NCBI GenBank assembly: GCA_002269645.1
Contig: NIVC01001566.1
Span: 72,346 to 136,345, forward strand
Reading direction: 5' to 3'
DNA length: 64,000 bases
From: Macrostomum lignano
Taxonomy: Eukaryota
The notes under the pieces are model-generated. The model was not told the DNA's origin. It did not search any database and saw only the letters and a list, made by a program, of their open reading frames with translations. The translations under genes were made by a program, and so were the position numbers. Positions 1-12,126 of this stretch are shown one piece after another. The stretch's first letter is position 1. Each line of letters starts with the position of its first letter.

Positions 1-530
1 GCTGGCCAAAAAGCGTCCTGGAGTCACGAGAGTCATTTCAGAATAGTTGCAGGTAACGCAAATAAGATAGGAAAGAAGCGACTCTACCGGTAGACGATTC
101 TAAAACGACGAGTTGTCACGGTACAAGTCGTCAAAAAGTCGTTTAAGAGTCGCCCAGTTTGAGACGTTTGATTGTCTGCGGCTCTTACCCACCTCCCAAC
201 TCTGGGGCGGTTCTATAACGCCTTTAGGGGCCGTAAAGTCGAATCTCAGGCGTGCTATAGGGTCGCTGCAGCATCACCAAGCATCTGCGTCATTTATGAA
301 TTAGAAGCGCATTTTGGATTTATCATATAACAACTCCATTTAGTCTACTTGAGTTAGTATAGAAAACGACTATTGCAGAACGAGTTTTTCACGATTCTAC
401 AACTCACGTGACGCGCTCGTGACTCAACAGTCGTCTCTCCATCGCATCACAGTCGTTAAAAAGTCATAAGAGTCGTCCCAGAATCACTTGTTAATTCTTT
501 TCAATGACTAGCGATTCTTGTCATGGTAAC

Positions 531-848
531 GGGGTAAAACGGAAGTAGCTTTGTCAGGGAGACTGGGTAGAACGGAAGTAGCTTGTCCGGGAGACGGGGT
601 AGAACGGAAGTAGCTTGTCAGGGAGACGGGGTAGAACGGAAGTAGCTTGTCAGGGAGACGGGGTAGAACGGAAGTAGCTTGTCAGGGAGACGGGGTAGAA
701 CGGAAGTAGCTTGTCAGGGAGACTGGGTAGAACGGAAGTAGCTTGTCAGGGAGAGAGGGTAGAACGGAAGTAGCTTGTCCGGGAGACTGGGTAGAACGGA
801 AGTAGCTTGTCAGGGGTAGGGGGTAGAACGGAAGTAGCTTGTCAGGGA
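531..848. repeat. Tandem minisatellite, 32-bp unit, about 10 copies
   Basis: Unit GGTAGAACGGAAGTAGCTTGTCAGGGAGACGG. AGAACGG recurs at 569, 601 and 633. No unique spacers. Confidence 0.95.
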
Positions 849-1822
849 GTGACTGCATTTCACTGGCCACTTATATTATATGCACTCAGGTGCACGAGTT
901 CAGCCACTGTACCAAGCATATTAATCATACATAATATCATAATTTTTGCTTTCAAACAACCTCGCGCACGAACAAGTTCGATATACATATATAAATCCTA
1001 ATTTGAATCTTTTCAGAAAATTTCTGGAACTCAATTCTAACTACGATTGTGCACATGAACATGTAATAGTAAGTAATAATATAACAGTAATACGATAAGC
1101 CTCATACTCATGATGAGGCTCTAGGTTATTCTTGACGAGATCGAATTGGCGAGCTGATCGAAGGCAGGAGTGGGAAGGGGGAGACGAGAGGGAGAGAGAG
1201 AACAAGGACCAGTTCAAGGAGCAATATCTTCTAGTTTCCATCTCGCCTCCTCCCTAACTGTATAGGACGGCATTGGATATCCCCAATATATCCTATATAG
1301 GCTACAATTAGTTTCTCCACCCCCAAATGCGGGGGCGAAACTGGCCCGCCCCTCATCAAGAAGCTGGATCTCTGGAATGCAGCTATAGTGACTCAGTGGG
1401 CCAGACTTGCGCATACAATATATTTACAGTAAAGTTAGTTATGACTGGAGCCTCCTGAATGGCCATGATGGAACACTTTGCCGACAATTCTCCTAGCCGG
1501 CACTGAACTGGAGAAAAAGCTTTCCTTTTTTCAAAGGTCGACAAGCGCCAAAGTAGCAGCAGCAGCAAAGACAGCCGCTATTTTCTATCTTGCAGCGCTA
1601 GCAGGCAAACCAAATTAGACGCTTCTCCATCAGCTGTCATCCGAGCATGCATGCGCAGCACACGAGCGGCCATACAGTACCCGGTACAGGACAGCGGAGT
1701 GGCATTTCCGATGCGTTTGTCTTCGAAAGCAGAGTTGCTAATATTTTATCGAGCTGGATAGATTTTTGATTTATCATTACTTAAGTACACTGTGTACTAA
1801 AACTGTGTGAACGCTAGCCTAC

Positions 1823-1903
1823 CGCGTATCTGTCCTCGAACGCCTGCTTGAACTCGTCCATGCCGCGCGTGATGTCGAACACCGTCATACGACGGGCGTC
1901 CAT
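1823..1903 (-). CDS. Possible first coding exon of an unidentified gene (MDARRMTVFDITRGMDEFKQAFEDRYA)
   Basis: ATG at 1903, 27 protein-like codons with GC-rich third positions, then a GTAGGC donor-like site at 1822. Downstream exons not resolved. Confidence 0.3.
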
Positions 1904-2312
1904 TATTTTCCTTTTTTGTGTCGATCCCTTCCCTCCCGAGAAGGGAGACGGTTGTATATTTATGCTACACCTGGAGGCGAAAATGAAATCATAAAGCTGT
2001 CCAATCTGCGAACGAGTCGGCTGTGCCGGTCTAATTTAGGTCAGCACAAACCCATATGTACAGAGAAGATGCTTGTTACTCTACTGGCTACTGAGCACGC
2101 CAAAATTAAGTAGCAATTAAAGTGCATTGTTTGAACAGTATAATTTCATTTTTTCGCTCAATTTCCTTAATCAAATAAGCCGAATTGGTTGTAATTTTTT
2201 GAAACAACTTCAGTTTTATTATCATCAGACTTTAATGATTTCGCAATAGAAGAAACGCAATTGCAAGGATCGCCGACAAAAAAATGACAACAAAAATGCC
2301 TACAGTTGGAAG

Positions 2313-3980
2313 TTAGTTGGGTAGCGCCAGGCGCCAGACTAGCGCCATATTTCGCGCCGACTTGTCCACCAGCCAGCGGCCCCACTTGTGCTCCTGGCCG
2401 AGGCCGGCCGCCAGCCTCAGTTCGTCGCCTCCATCATCATCAGGCTCCTCATCTGCTGAGGCTGGCCAGAAAGCCAGCTGATTGACAAAGCCGGCAGCCG
2501 GCAGTTCGAGCAGCCGGCTCAGCGTCATGCCAGAGGACCCGGGCTGGGCGGCCACGCGCCAAAGGCGCACCAATCCGTCCCAGGAGCCGCTGGCCAGCAG
2601 ATCCGCATTCTTCACGGCGGCCAGAGCCGTCACCCAGCGGTCCGGGCCGTGCGCCGCCGCCACCTTGGCCACTGGCCGCTTCTTCTGCATCGACCACAGG
2701 CACAGGCTGCCGTCGCCTTGACCGCTGGCGAATACCTGCTCCGTAACCATGGCAACGCATTCGCAGCTATTCGGCCCGCCGCCGGGCGGCAATTCGAACA
2801 CTAGCTGAGACTCTTCGGCCAGTTTCCATAGTCGCAGAGACTTATCCGGGCCGCCGCAGCTGATGCAGCGGTCCAGGCGCATGGCATCCAGTCCCAGTAC
2901 GGGGGCGCTGTGACCGAACAGGGCCTCAATGAAGCCCAGGCCGCAGTCTGGCGCTCCGCCCAGGCCCCAGTGCCGCACCGTCTTGTCGTGCGAGCCGCTG
3001 AACAGATGCAGCCCGCCGCCGCTGCCGGATCCAGGCGCCCGCCTACGATATGCCAATGCGTTGACGGCCGCCCGGTGACCGCGGAACTGGTGCACCAGCT
3101 GCAGGCTGTCGGCCTGCCACACCAGCACGAGGCCGTCGGCATCGCCGGTGGCCAACCGGGTCTGATCGGAGCTCAGCGCCATGCACAGCACGTGGCCGCG
3201 GTGCAGAACGGCGCCGTCCGCCTCCGCCAGCTGCTGCTCAGTCTTGGCCTTCGGCTTGGACTTTAAGGAATGCCGGCAACGCTGCCGGAGGCCGCCCGGC
3301 ACGTGGGCTACTCGGCGAAGATGCCGACGCTCGCTGTCGCCGTCTTTGATCAGCACAGCTTGCAGAGACCAGCGCGCCACGGAACCGTCCTTGCTGGCGG
3401 TGTACAGAGAATTGTCGCCGAGCTGCACGCAGGTGACAGCCAGGCGGTGCCAGTTCTTTGCCAGACTGACGCTGCTGCTAGCGGCGTCGGCGGCAACGGC
3501 GGCTCCCTCGGCGACGATGGCATCGGCGAAGCTGGCGCGCAGGCGGCCGGCCCGTCGGAGATTCGCCGACTGCAGCCGGGCGCTGACCGCGCCGGTCACG
3601 TGAGCCTCCTCGTCTTCGTCATCATCATCTTCATCCTCGTCGCCATAGCCAAGTCGTTCGGCTTCGCGCGCTTTCAACTCGCCGATGAGCTGCTGGGCCA
3701 GGCGCACTCGGGCCTCCTGCGGCGTCTCCAGCGCGTTGTCGTCGTCGTTCATAGCGGCGCTGTCCAAGTCGGCGGCGGTGGCGACATTGACGGGTTCGTC
3801 AAATTCCGATTCGCTGGTGATTTCCTCTTCAGCTTTGACCTTTTCGGGTCGCTTCTTCTGCTTTTTCGACGCCTGTTGAGACTTGCCGTTGATGCCGGGC
3901 GCAGCGGCTGCCGCAGCGTAACGCAAGCGTTTCGCAACGGAGATCTTTGCCGGCTTTGTCCGTTTGGTTGGATTCGGCAT
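2313..3980 (-). CDS. RRP9: U3 snoRNP-associated WD40 protein (RRP9/U3-55K), single exon, 555 aa
   Basis: Basic/acidic N-terminus (ETPQEARVRLAQQLI), WD40 repeats (GHRAAVNALA, LFSGSHDKTVRHW, IEALFGH, LASGSWDG) and the RRP9-type C-terminal GQEHKWGRW motif. Confidence 0.93.
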   Translation of the reverse strand: MPNPTKRTKPAKISVAKRLRYAAAAAAPGINGKSQQASKKQKKRPEKVKAEEEITSESEFDEPVNVATAADLDSAAMNDDDNALETPQEARVRLAQQLIGELKAREAERLGYGDEDEDDDDEDEEAHVTGAVSARLQSANLRRAGRLRASFADAIVAEGAAVAADAASSSVSLAKNWHRLAVTCVQLGDNSLYTASKDGSVARWSLQAVLIKDGDSERRHLRRVAHVPGGLRQRCRHSLKSKPKAKTEQQLAEADGAVLHRGHVLCMALSSDQTRLATGDADGLVLVWQADSLQLVHQFRGHRAAVNALAYRRRAPGSGSGGGLHLFSGSHDKTVRHWGLGGAPDCGLGFIEALFGHSAPVLGLDAMRLDRCISCGGPDKSLRLWKLAEESQLVFELPPGGGPNSCECVAMVTEQVFASGQGDGSLCLWSMQKKRPVAKVAAAHGPDRWVTALAAVKNADLLASGSWDGLVRLWRVAAQPGSSGMTLSRLLELPAAGFVNQLAFWPASADEEPDDDGGDELRLAAGLGQEHKWGRWLVDKSARNMALVWRLALPN

Positions 3981-6068
3981 TGTTTTGTAATTACAAAAAG
4001 CCTTACAGAATTAATAAATAACTCAAAAAGAATTACAGGCGGCTGGTTGCGTTGCCAAGCCGGCAGATTGAATCACAGGTGGCAGTTGGAGGCTGGAAAT
4101 ATCAGTTGTTTGCATCATTCATATATACTTTCAATCAAGGCTATTCTGTAAGACTTTTTTGTTTACTCAACATCTATATCACAAAAAGTGTAGGCAGCGC
4201 ATTGACCCCCATTGAGATTTCGCCAAGATAACTGTCGGCTAGAAGCCAATTGACATTGCCCAATCGGCGCCGTTAAACTTCCATTACAGAAGCAAGGCGC
4301 CTAATTGAGGCCGCCTGACTTAGTAGATTCACTCTCTGACAGAGTTGGTCCGGGGAGTTTGTCCCAGGGTAATACAGGGGCTACAGAAGAGCCCGTTGAG
4401 TGACCCCGATGCTTAGCCGCAACCACCTACACTGATCTAAGTGCCTACACAGCTATTTATACCCGCTACGAATGGTCTTCAATTTAATGAAAACCTAATT
4501 TTCGTAAGGTGAGCAACAATAAAGCTATAAATCAAAAGTGGCCATCATTTTTTTGCGAATAACAAGTTAATACAGTTTAAGATAGTTTAAGATTACATCC
4601 TTCAAAATTTATCAATTTAATTTATAAAAATTTACGCTCGCACCTCACCCAAAACTAGCAAATAAGTGAGAGATAAAAAGCTAAACTATAGATCATACTA
4701 CTTACACTAAGTAGGGGAATTGCGTATACAAATAAAAAATTGCACATAATTTCTACGAATTTACAAAAATGAAAACACCTAATTCCTCTACAAGGCACAA
4801 GGATTATATGTATTTTGATGGTATTAATCTACATTTAGGTAAATTAATATTTCAGTTATAATAACCATTACGTTTAAGAACTGCCTACGATAATATTGAA
4901 GGTTTTACTATCAATCAAAGTTACTGAAAATAGGAATGTCTGTCATCAGACAGCTGAACTCAGTCCGTTTCGCTGACCCCTGAGCTGAACAAGCACACTG
5001 ATACGTACGCAGTCACACAAGGGTGTACAGCGGCACCTACTTTCTCATCGACAAGCATGTACATGTACACTACACGCAGCGAATCGGGGTGAGAGGTTGT
5101 GGCCGCGTGCGGATTCAAGCCCGGGGACTATACCCACTCAAACAGCTGACAAGCATGAACATGACGAAATGCAAATGAGAGCACAAGACAAGAGACAGGA
5201 GACAGGCTCTCACCATAGCGGAGGAATCTTCCGCTAAAAATCCGTTATTAGCTGCCAAGGCCAAATTCCTGCGACTGCCGCTCGGTCGCAGACTGCTGCG
5301 TCTCTGTCCACCGGACACTGGGGCCAGCATCTCCTCTTTATTTAGAGCTATATAGAAGATTATAAGACCTTTGGGAAAAGGGGAAGTCGTAAAGAAAGTA
5401 TCGAAATTCAACACCTCTCCAGGGGCAAATGGGATATTGAAATTAGATGCTAGCGCGCGCAGCAAGGGAACGGCAGATCAAATATAGCGCTGCCGCCTTA
5501 GAATATTTAACATTTTGCCTCCGCCGCTGGATAGCTAGCGGCAAGAAAACCAAGGATGGAAAGTTCGGCGAACGGGAGAGACGGGAGGGGGAGAACTCCT
5601 AAGCCAAGCCAATAGAATCTGTTGCGATCTATAATGGTGAACACCAGCTGCCTTACCTTCAGCTTCTAGAGCCTAATCTACCCTACCCAGCCAAAGACGC
5701 TGCAAAGGCCCATAGTCTCGCATTTACCGACTAACTAAAAGAATTGCGCAGTCAGGATGAAAAAAATGGATGACGACTGTTGGAGGCCGCGGTGTACAGC
5801 AACGAAGAAACTATGTACCTAATACTCGAACTTATCTAATTTGCCTGTTGCCAGCAAGACACCCAAGTGTCTGCTGCGAACCCTACGCTGAATGGTGAGG
5901 GAGGAATCGAGATGGCAGCTGTTGCAGTACCTGTGCGCTTGTTATATTTTTATATTGGTGACAACTGGCTGCAAACACTTGAAAGTTGCTGCAAACTGTG
6001 CATCCATTTCTGCGAATATTCTACTGTTAAACTGCTGGCTTAAAATCTCAAAAGTAAATACCTGTTTT

Positions 6069-6418
6069 ATCGCCATGTCAAGCCATTAAAGACTCGGAAT
6101 ATCAAGCCACTAAAGAATTGCCATGTCAAGCCATTAAAGAATCGGCCATGTCAAGCCATTAAAGAATCGGCCATGTCAAGTTATTAAAGAATCGGCCATG
6201 TCAAGTTATTAAAGAATCGGCCATGTCAAGTCATTAAAGAATCGGCCATGTCAAGTTATTAAAGAATCGCCATGTCAAGCCATCAAAGAATCGCCATATC
6301 AGACATAAAAGAATCGCCATGTCAGACATAAAAGAATCGCTATGTCAGACATAAAAGAATCGCCATGTCAGACATAAAAGAATCGCCATGTCAGACATAA
6401 AAGAATCGCATGTCAACT
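6069..6418. repeat. Short tandem array with a 23-25 bp unit, related to the large 23-bp satellite
   Basis: GCCATGTCAAGCCATTAAAGAATCG (period 25 at 6121/6146) grades into GCCATGTCAGACATAAAAGAATC (period 23 at 6301/6324). Confidence 0.9.
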
Positions 6419-7735
6419 ATAAGACTCATTGAATCGCTAAGATGCTCATGAAGGATTGCTGAGTCATCAAGGCTTAGGAGATGTTGCTTATGAAGAGTTG
6501 CTGAGATGTCAAGGCAGGGGGGCATTGCTAAAATACTGTAGCTCATGGAGAGTCACTCAGATGCTTTGAGCCAAATCTCATAGGGGGTCTGATATCTTTG
6601 GATTTCAGATACCTGGCTTTCAGGACAGATGCATTTTGCTTTACATATATTTTTTCTTAAAAATTTAAGTGACTTTACAAGGTTAAAACCTATATGTAGT
6701 TTATTTAAAAAATCCTTCCTTTGTTGTTTCCCCAATGGGGGCAAGATAGCTAATCTTAGCTATAACTAACTAAGTCCAACTTTAATGCATATGCTGTCAA
6801 TGGAGCAAAATATATAAACTTAAAGTTTTCATGTTTTGTGAAAGAAGATTCATTTTAATTTTCCAAGACTATACTAAAAATTCAAGCTAAAAAAACAAAA
6901 AAAAGTGCAGAAATCAACAAAGTTTTGCCATTAAGGTAAAAAATTAAGACAAGACAAAATAAAAAAGTTAAAACTAATGACTAAATAATAATGGGCTTAT
7001 ATATAAATACTACCTCTCATAAATATTTAGGTTTAACTAAAAACTATACCTATAAAGGATTTGCTAGCATAAGTAACTTTATACAAAATGAAGCAATTGC
7101 TAGCTTAATAAAAAAAACTAATAAGCATAACCATATCACAATTGTCATGATTGTTAAGATGTATAAATATTGTATTTAGCTTTATAAATTTAGGATTTAT
7201 AAATATAATGCATTTTAATGGTCTATAGTGTTCATTTTTTAATAAAAAAGCTATGGTTATATTAGAGCTTCATCTGAATGTTGAATATGCCTTTTAACTA
7301 CTTTATTAATACCAATAAAATATTAATCAACATAGACAAGCATATGGTATTATGAGCTAAGTTACATATCAAAATGAAATTTAATTGTCATAATAGACTA
7401 AGACCAAAAATCAAGTGCTTATTTATTTTTCATCATTAAAAATAAAATCTATAAAATCATTTATAGTCCTACTTTGCTATTGTAAGCAACCTTTTATTAT
7501 TTGAGGTAATTAAACTAGTAAATTAGCTTGAATATATAATAAGATTGAGAGTAATATAATAGAGGCCAGAAGGTGTCCCAAAAAGGTTGATTTTTAACTG
7601 TCTGCTCCTATTTCCTAGCAAGTGCATATGCTAATAGTCAATAATAAAAGTTTTGTTTCCTGCATTTTTGATTTTGATTGGTGCTTTTATTCATGAGCAA
7701 CAGCATTTAAAACTGGCTGAAATTGCCATTGCAAG

Positions 7736-7947
7736 TGTTGCGTATTGCTATGACTCTTGCAAAGTATAGACTTTTACTTTGAAAATAGTCTATGGTTTAT
7801 GCGACGCGATACAGTACTCTCCTTTGTTTGCTAAGCTTCAAATCTTTTCATTTAGGAGCACAAGACCCTAGGAGCGCGCTGCCGCTAAAATATAGCTTAA
7901 TTTCAAACTACCATAATTCATTGACTTGGCGTTCCTCAAACAAAACA
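7736..7947 (+). repeat. 5' LTR (212 bp)
   Basis: TGTTGCGTATTG...CAAACAAAACA. Differs from the 3' LTR at 2 adjacent bases (GACTCTTGC vs GACTACTGC). Confidence 0.97.
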
Positions 7948-7960
7948 TGGCGACGAGGAT
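7948..7960 (+). promoter_or_regulatory. Primer binding site, complementary to the 3' end of tRNA-Ser(GCU)
   Basis: TGGCGACGAGGAT immediately after the 5' LTR. It is the reverse complement of ATCCTCGTCGCCA, the animal tRNA-Ser(GCU) 3' end as recalled. Confidence 0.8.
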
Positions 7961-8008
7961 AAAAAGCAACTGAGGGTCAAGGAAAATTCCGCACCTGCTG
8001 CCCTCAAA

Positions 8009-11000
8009 ATGGCTCAGTCAATGGAGTACCGTCTTGGTGAGATGCCACTTTCTTACCCAGAGATAGAACAATACTTCAAACGACTTCTGTTCTACCTGGA
8101 GGCAACTGAGAAGAATGAGCAAGCTAAAGCAGTCCTACTGGCTACCTGCGGTGAATCTGCATTCAATCTGGTGGAGGAGCTGATAAAACCAGAAGACATC
8201 ACCAAGGCCGGTGTTACGTTCAAGTCGATTCAGGACACTTTGCTCGAGCACTTCAAACCGAAAGTTCTGCTTCATTATGAGCGACATGTGTTCCATTCTA
8301 CTGTTCAAAAGGACGCGGAGAGCATTACAAATTTCGTTGCACGGCTCAAGCAACAGGCGAACAAGTGCCAATATGGTGAATTGCGCGAAGACCTGATCCT
8401 GTCTCAGTTCATCTTCGGACTTCGTAGTCAGAATCTGTGGCAAAAACTGCTATCCAAAGGCACGCTTGAGCTTAATGATGCTATTCAAGAGGGACTCATG
8501 ACCGAGTCAATTGCAACTGCTACAGACAAACCAGAAACTATCGCTAATGTGCAGAATGCTGGGACATTCTCGAGACCAAGAAGCTGCAGTGCCCAACGCT
8601 CTGTCTCATTCAAGCAACCTCAGGGACATCTGCATAATCAGTCGAGCGGCAAACCTAAAGGTAAAACGGCTAAGTGTCACACCTGTGGGAAATCGGGACA
8701 TCTACGATCAGCATGCAGGTTCCGAGAAGCCAAGTGCCATAAATGCGGCAAGGTAGGACATCTAGCTACCGTGTGCAGATCAAAGGCTATGAACGCAATC
8801 CAACGAATGCCAAGCTGCAGCCCTTCACCAGGGAACACTAGCTCTTACCATCTGGAACTCATTCATGCGGTTAGACAGCCAAAAACGGGTTACTCAGATC
8901 AGTGGTTTGTTTGGTGTCGTCTAGGAAAAACCGAAGTCAACATGCTTGTGGACACCGGCAGCCAAGTAACCGTGGTTCCGGATCAAATCGCCAAGAGCTC
9001 AGGCTTAGAGTTACAGCCAGTCAGCCAAAAACTAAGATCTTACGGAGGTTTTCAAGCTACGGTCACTTCTGTCATCTACGGGGCAAAGCTACAGGTTATT
9101 GGTGGCAAGTCTGCTTCAGAAAACATCTACGTCGGTCATGATACAACAGCTATTCTGGGCATGAACTTCATACCGTCCCTAGACCTAGTGCGAATGGATC
9201 AAGCGGTTCGAGTGTCGAATGAACACAAGTGCCTACCAGTCGTCCGAGATCAAAACTCAAACTTCATTGCCAGCTTTCGCTTACGTTCGGGTGTGAGTAT
9301 GGAAGGCATGCGATTTCCTGCTCGCTCACTTCCTTTCTCCATGAAGTCTATGGTAGAAACCGAACTAAGAAGACTTCTTGCTTCAGGAATCATCTATTCA
9401 GTCAAGAATCCTACTGTTGCAGCGCCAATAGTCCCAGTGGTCAAGCCCGAGGGATCAGTAAGACCTATTCGACTGTGTGGCGACTACTCTATGACGCTCA
9501 ATCGTCTTATTGACGTGGACAAGTACAGGTTTCCGAAAATGGAGGAGATCCTGGCTAAGATTCCCAACGCTAAATTCTATACGGTCCTAGACTTAGAACA
9601 GGCCTTCTTACAGGTGGCTCTATCCCCTGAGAGCCAAGAGCTCACATGCATTTCTACTCACATGGGATTCTTTGCATTCAGATATCTACAATTCGGGATT
9701 TCCGCGGCGCCTCTAATATTTCAGGAAATCATGGACGAAGTTCTTCGGGATGTACCATTTACAGCCTCATATCAGGATGACATCATTATTGGGACTCCTG
9801 AGGATTCAGCCGAAAAACACATGCAGCTGGTTCGTCAAGTCAAGGATCGTTTGGCAAACTGCGGGTTCAAGATTAACCAGAGAAAGTCTCAAGAATGTCG
9901 TAGAGAAGTTCGATTTCTTGGCTTCATTTTGCGCGATGGAGGCATGCACCCCGACCCAGCACGAATGGAGGCGTGGAAGAGGTTACCATATCCAAAAGAC
10001 AAAGACCAACTGCGCAGCGCTCTGTGCACCTTCCGACACTATGGCGTCTTCTGCAAGAACTTTTCAATGATTGCACGACCGTTATATCAGCTGCTGAAGA
10101 AAGGAGTTCACTGGAGTTGGCATGGAAAGCAGTCTGAGGCATTCGACAAGCTTAAGAGCATTATTGCAGGCGGTGTGATAACCGCATACGACATTACGAA
10201 GCCGTTGTACTTGATTTGTGACGCCTCTAAGGATGGCCTCGGGTACGTTCTAGCTCATGATCCAATGCAAAGACAGGTTGTCTGGCTAGGCAGCCGAGTC
10301 CTGACTCCAGCGGAGAGCAACTACGCTAACATTGAGCGGGAGGCGTTAGCAATCGTCGAAGGGACCAGATACTTTTATCAGTACCTCGCGGGTCGAAAAT
10401 TTACCATCATTTCTGATCACCGACCGCTTCAGTACATATTTAATCCGAACAAGGTCTCCGAGCGAGTTTCAGCAAGGATTCAGCGATGGGCATTACTGTT
10501 AAGAGCTTACGATTACAATGTGATGTACGTCAAGGGTGAAAAGATGTACGCTGCAGACACTTTGTCTAGACTTCCATTGCAGTCGGACTCAGCGGATCAG
10601 AAGATCAACCTCCTAGAAATCAATGCACTGGAGGGTTTCGGAAACTCCGAACAGCTACTGCAGAGGATCGTGCGAACTAAAGATTACAAGTTGGACATGC
10701 TCAAGAAGTACATTCAAGACGGCTGGCCTGCTTATACACCACCAGCTATGCTGCCATATGCATGCAATAAGTTGGAATACACACTCCAAAATGGAGTGAT
10801 TTTCAAAGGATTGCGCATCGTCCCACCCTCTAGCCTGAGAAGCGAAATTCTTCAGATGCTTCACGAGGACCACCCGGCATCGTGAGGATGCTACGTCTAT
10901 CCAGACAGTACTTCTGGTGGCCCGATATAGATGCTCAAATCAATGCATTCGTTCAACGTTGTGTTCAATGCCAGCTACATGCTAGGAAAAGAAGCAATGC

Positions 11001-11865
11001 AAATCTGTCGTCATGGCCGGAGACAAAAAGTTTCTTCGAGAGAGTTCACGTTGACATCGCTACTTTCAAAGGTCAACGCTTCCTTGTCCTGGTTGACGCA
11101 TTTTCAAAATGGGTAGATGTACAGTCCGTGCCGTCAATGAAAGCATCCATTGTCATCAGTGAGCTGAGAAAAACGTTCAAGTATACCAGATTGCCGAAAA
11201 ATCTGGTTTCGGACAATGGTGGAACTTTTGTGGCAGAAGATTTCGTTACTTTCCTGCAAGAGAACTACATCGTCCACACACTTACTCCCCCAGGACATCA
11301 TCAGTCCAACGGTCAGGTGGAGAGAGTCATTGAAGAATTGGAGTTTTATTTAAGAAAGTTAAACGCTGGTGCCAATCTTTCTGAGCTGGAAAGGCATTTA
11401 GCAGGATTCTGCCTGTTTCAGAATACGACTCCTCACTGCAATGGATCAATTCCGGCACTTCTGGTGTTTCAGCAGTCGCCCCGAACACGTCTATCAGCCG
11501 TTTGTACAGAGAGGACGAGGCCGGTTCAAGAGCCAGTTCCTGTTTTCGTGCGTGTGGAGCACAAGGAGCAACGGGTCCCCTCTGAGCTGAAGTCTACAGT
11601 TGGTACAAATACTTTCCGAGACGCAGAAGGACGACTAGTGCACCAGTCCGATGCTACTGCTCGTACAGAGGAACTACCGATTGATGATTCGAAGCAGTCT
11701 GGGATCACCCCTCGTGATACTGATGCAACTACGTGCCAAGACAGTGCTACGACAAGTCCAATGCGCCATGCAATGCAGTCGCCTAGGCACAAGGAACACG
11801 GTGTGCTCGAGTTCCGTAGGAGCACGCGAGTCAGGCGACCTCCGGAACGATTGACTTATTACTGA
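8009..11865 (+). CDS. Gag-Pol polyprotein, broken by a 1-nt deletion near 10876 in the integrase zinc finger
   Basis: CCHC x2 (CHTCGKSGHLRSAC, CHKCGKVGHLATVC), protease LVDTGS, RT YQDD, RNase H DASKDG...EREAL, integrase HEDHP(G)IVRM...CVQC and D-D-E core (HVDIA, VSDNG, VERV). ORFs 8009-10885 and 10882-11865 join if one G is restored. Confidence 0.93.
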
Positions 11866-11914
11866 ATTGCTTGAGGTGTAACTTTGAACTGCACTGTATA
11901 AGCATCGGTGGGAG

Positions 11915-12126
11915 TGTTGCGTATTGCTATGACTACTGCAAAGTATAGACTTTTACTTTGAAAATAGTCTATGGTTTATGCGACGCGATACAGTACTCTC
12001 CTTTGTTTGCTAAGCTTCAAATCTTTTCATTTAGGAGCACAAGACCCTAGGAGCGCGCTGCCGCTAAAATATAGCTTAATTTCAAACTACCATAATTCAT
12101 TGACTTGGCGTTCCTCAAACAAAACA
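11915..12126 (+). repeat. 3' LTR (212 bp)
   Basis: Direct repeat of 7736-7947. Confidence 0.97.

Larger units (their letters stand above)
7736..12126 (+). mobile_element. Full-length Ty3/gypsy LTR retrotransposon (Mag-like)
   Basis: Two 212-bp TG...CA LTRs, a PBS, and a gag-pol with two CCHC knuckles and PR-RT-RH-IN domain order. Purine-rich GGTGGGAG precedes the 3' LTR. Confidence 0.97.

Noticed and set aside
531-848. 32-bp repeat as a CRISPR array
   Set aside because: Units are contiguous with no unique spacers, there are no cas genes, and the context is eukaryotic.
3270-4151. 293-aa + strand ORF and other ORFs overlapping RRP9
   Set aside because: Antisense shadow ORFs of a GC-rich coding region, with no recognisable motifs.
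5115-5465. 116-aa minus-strand ORF
   Set aside because: Non-ATG start, no recognisable motif and no clear splice signals.
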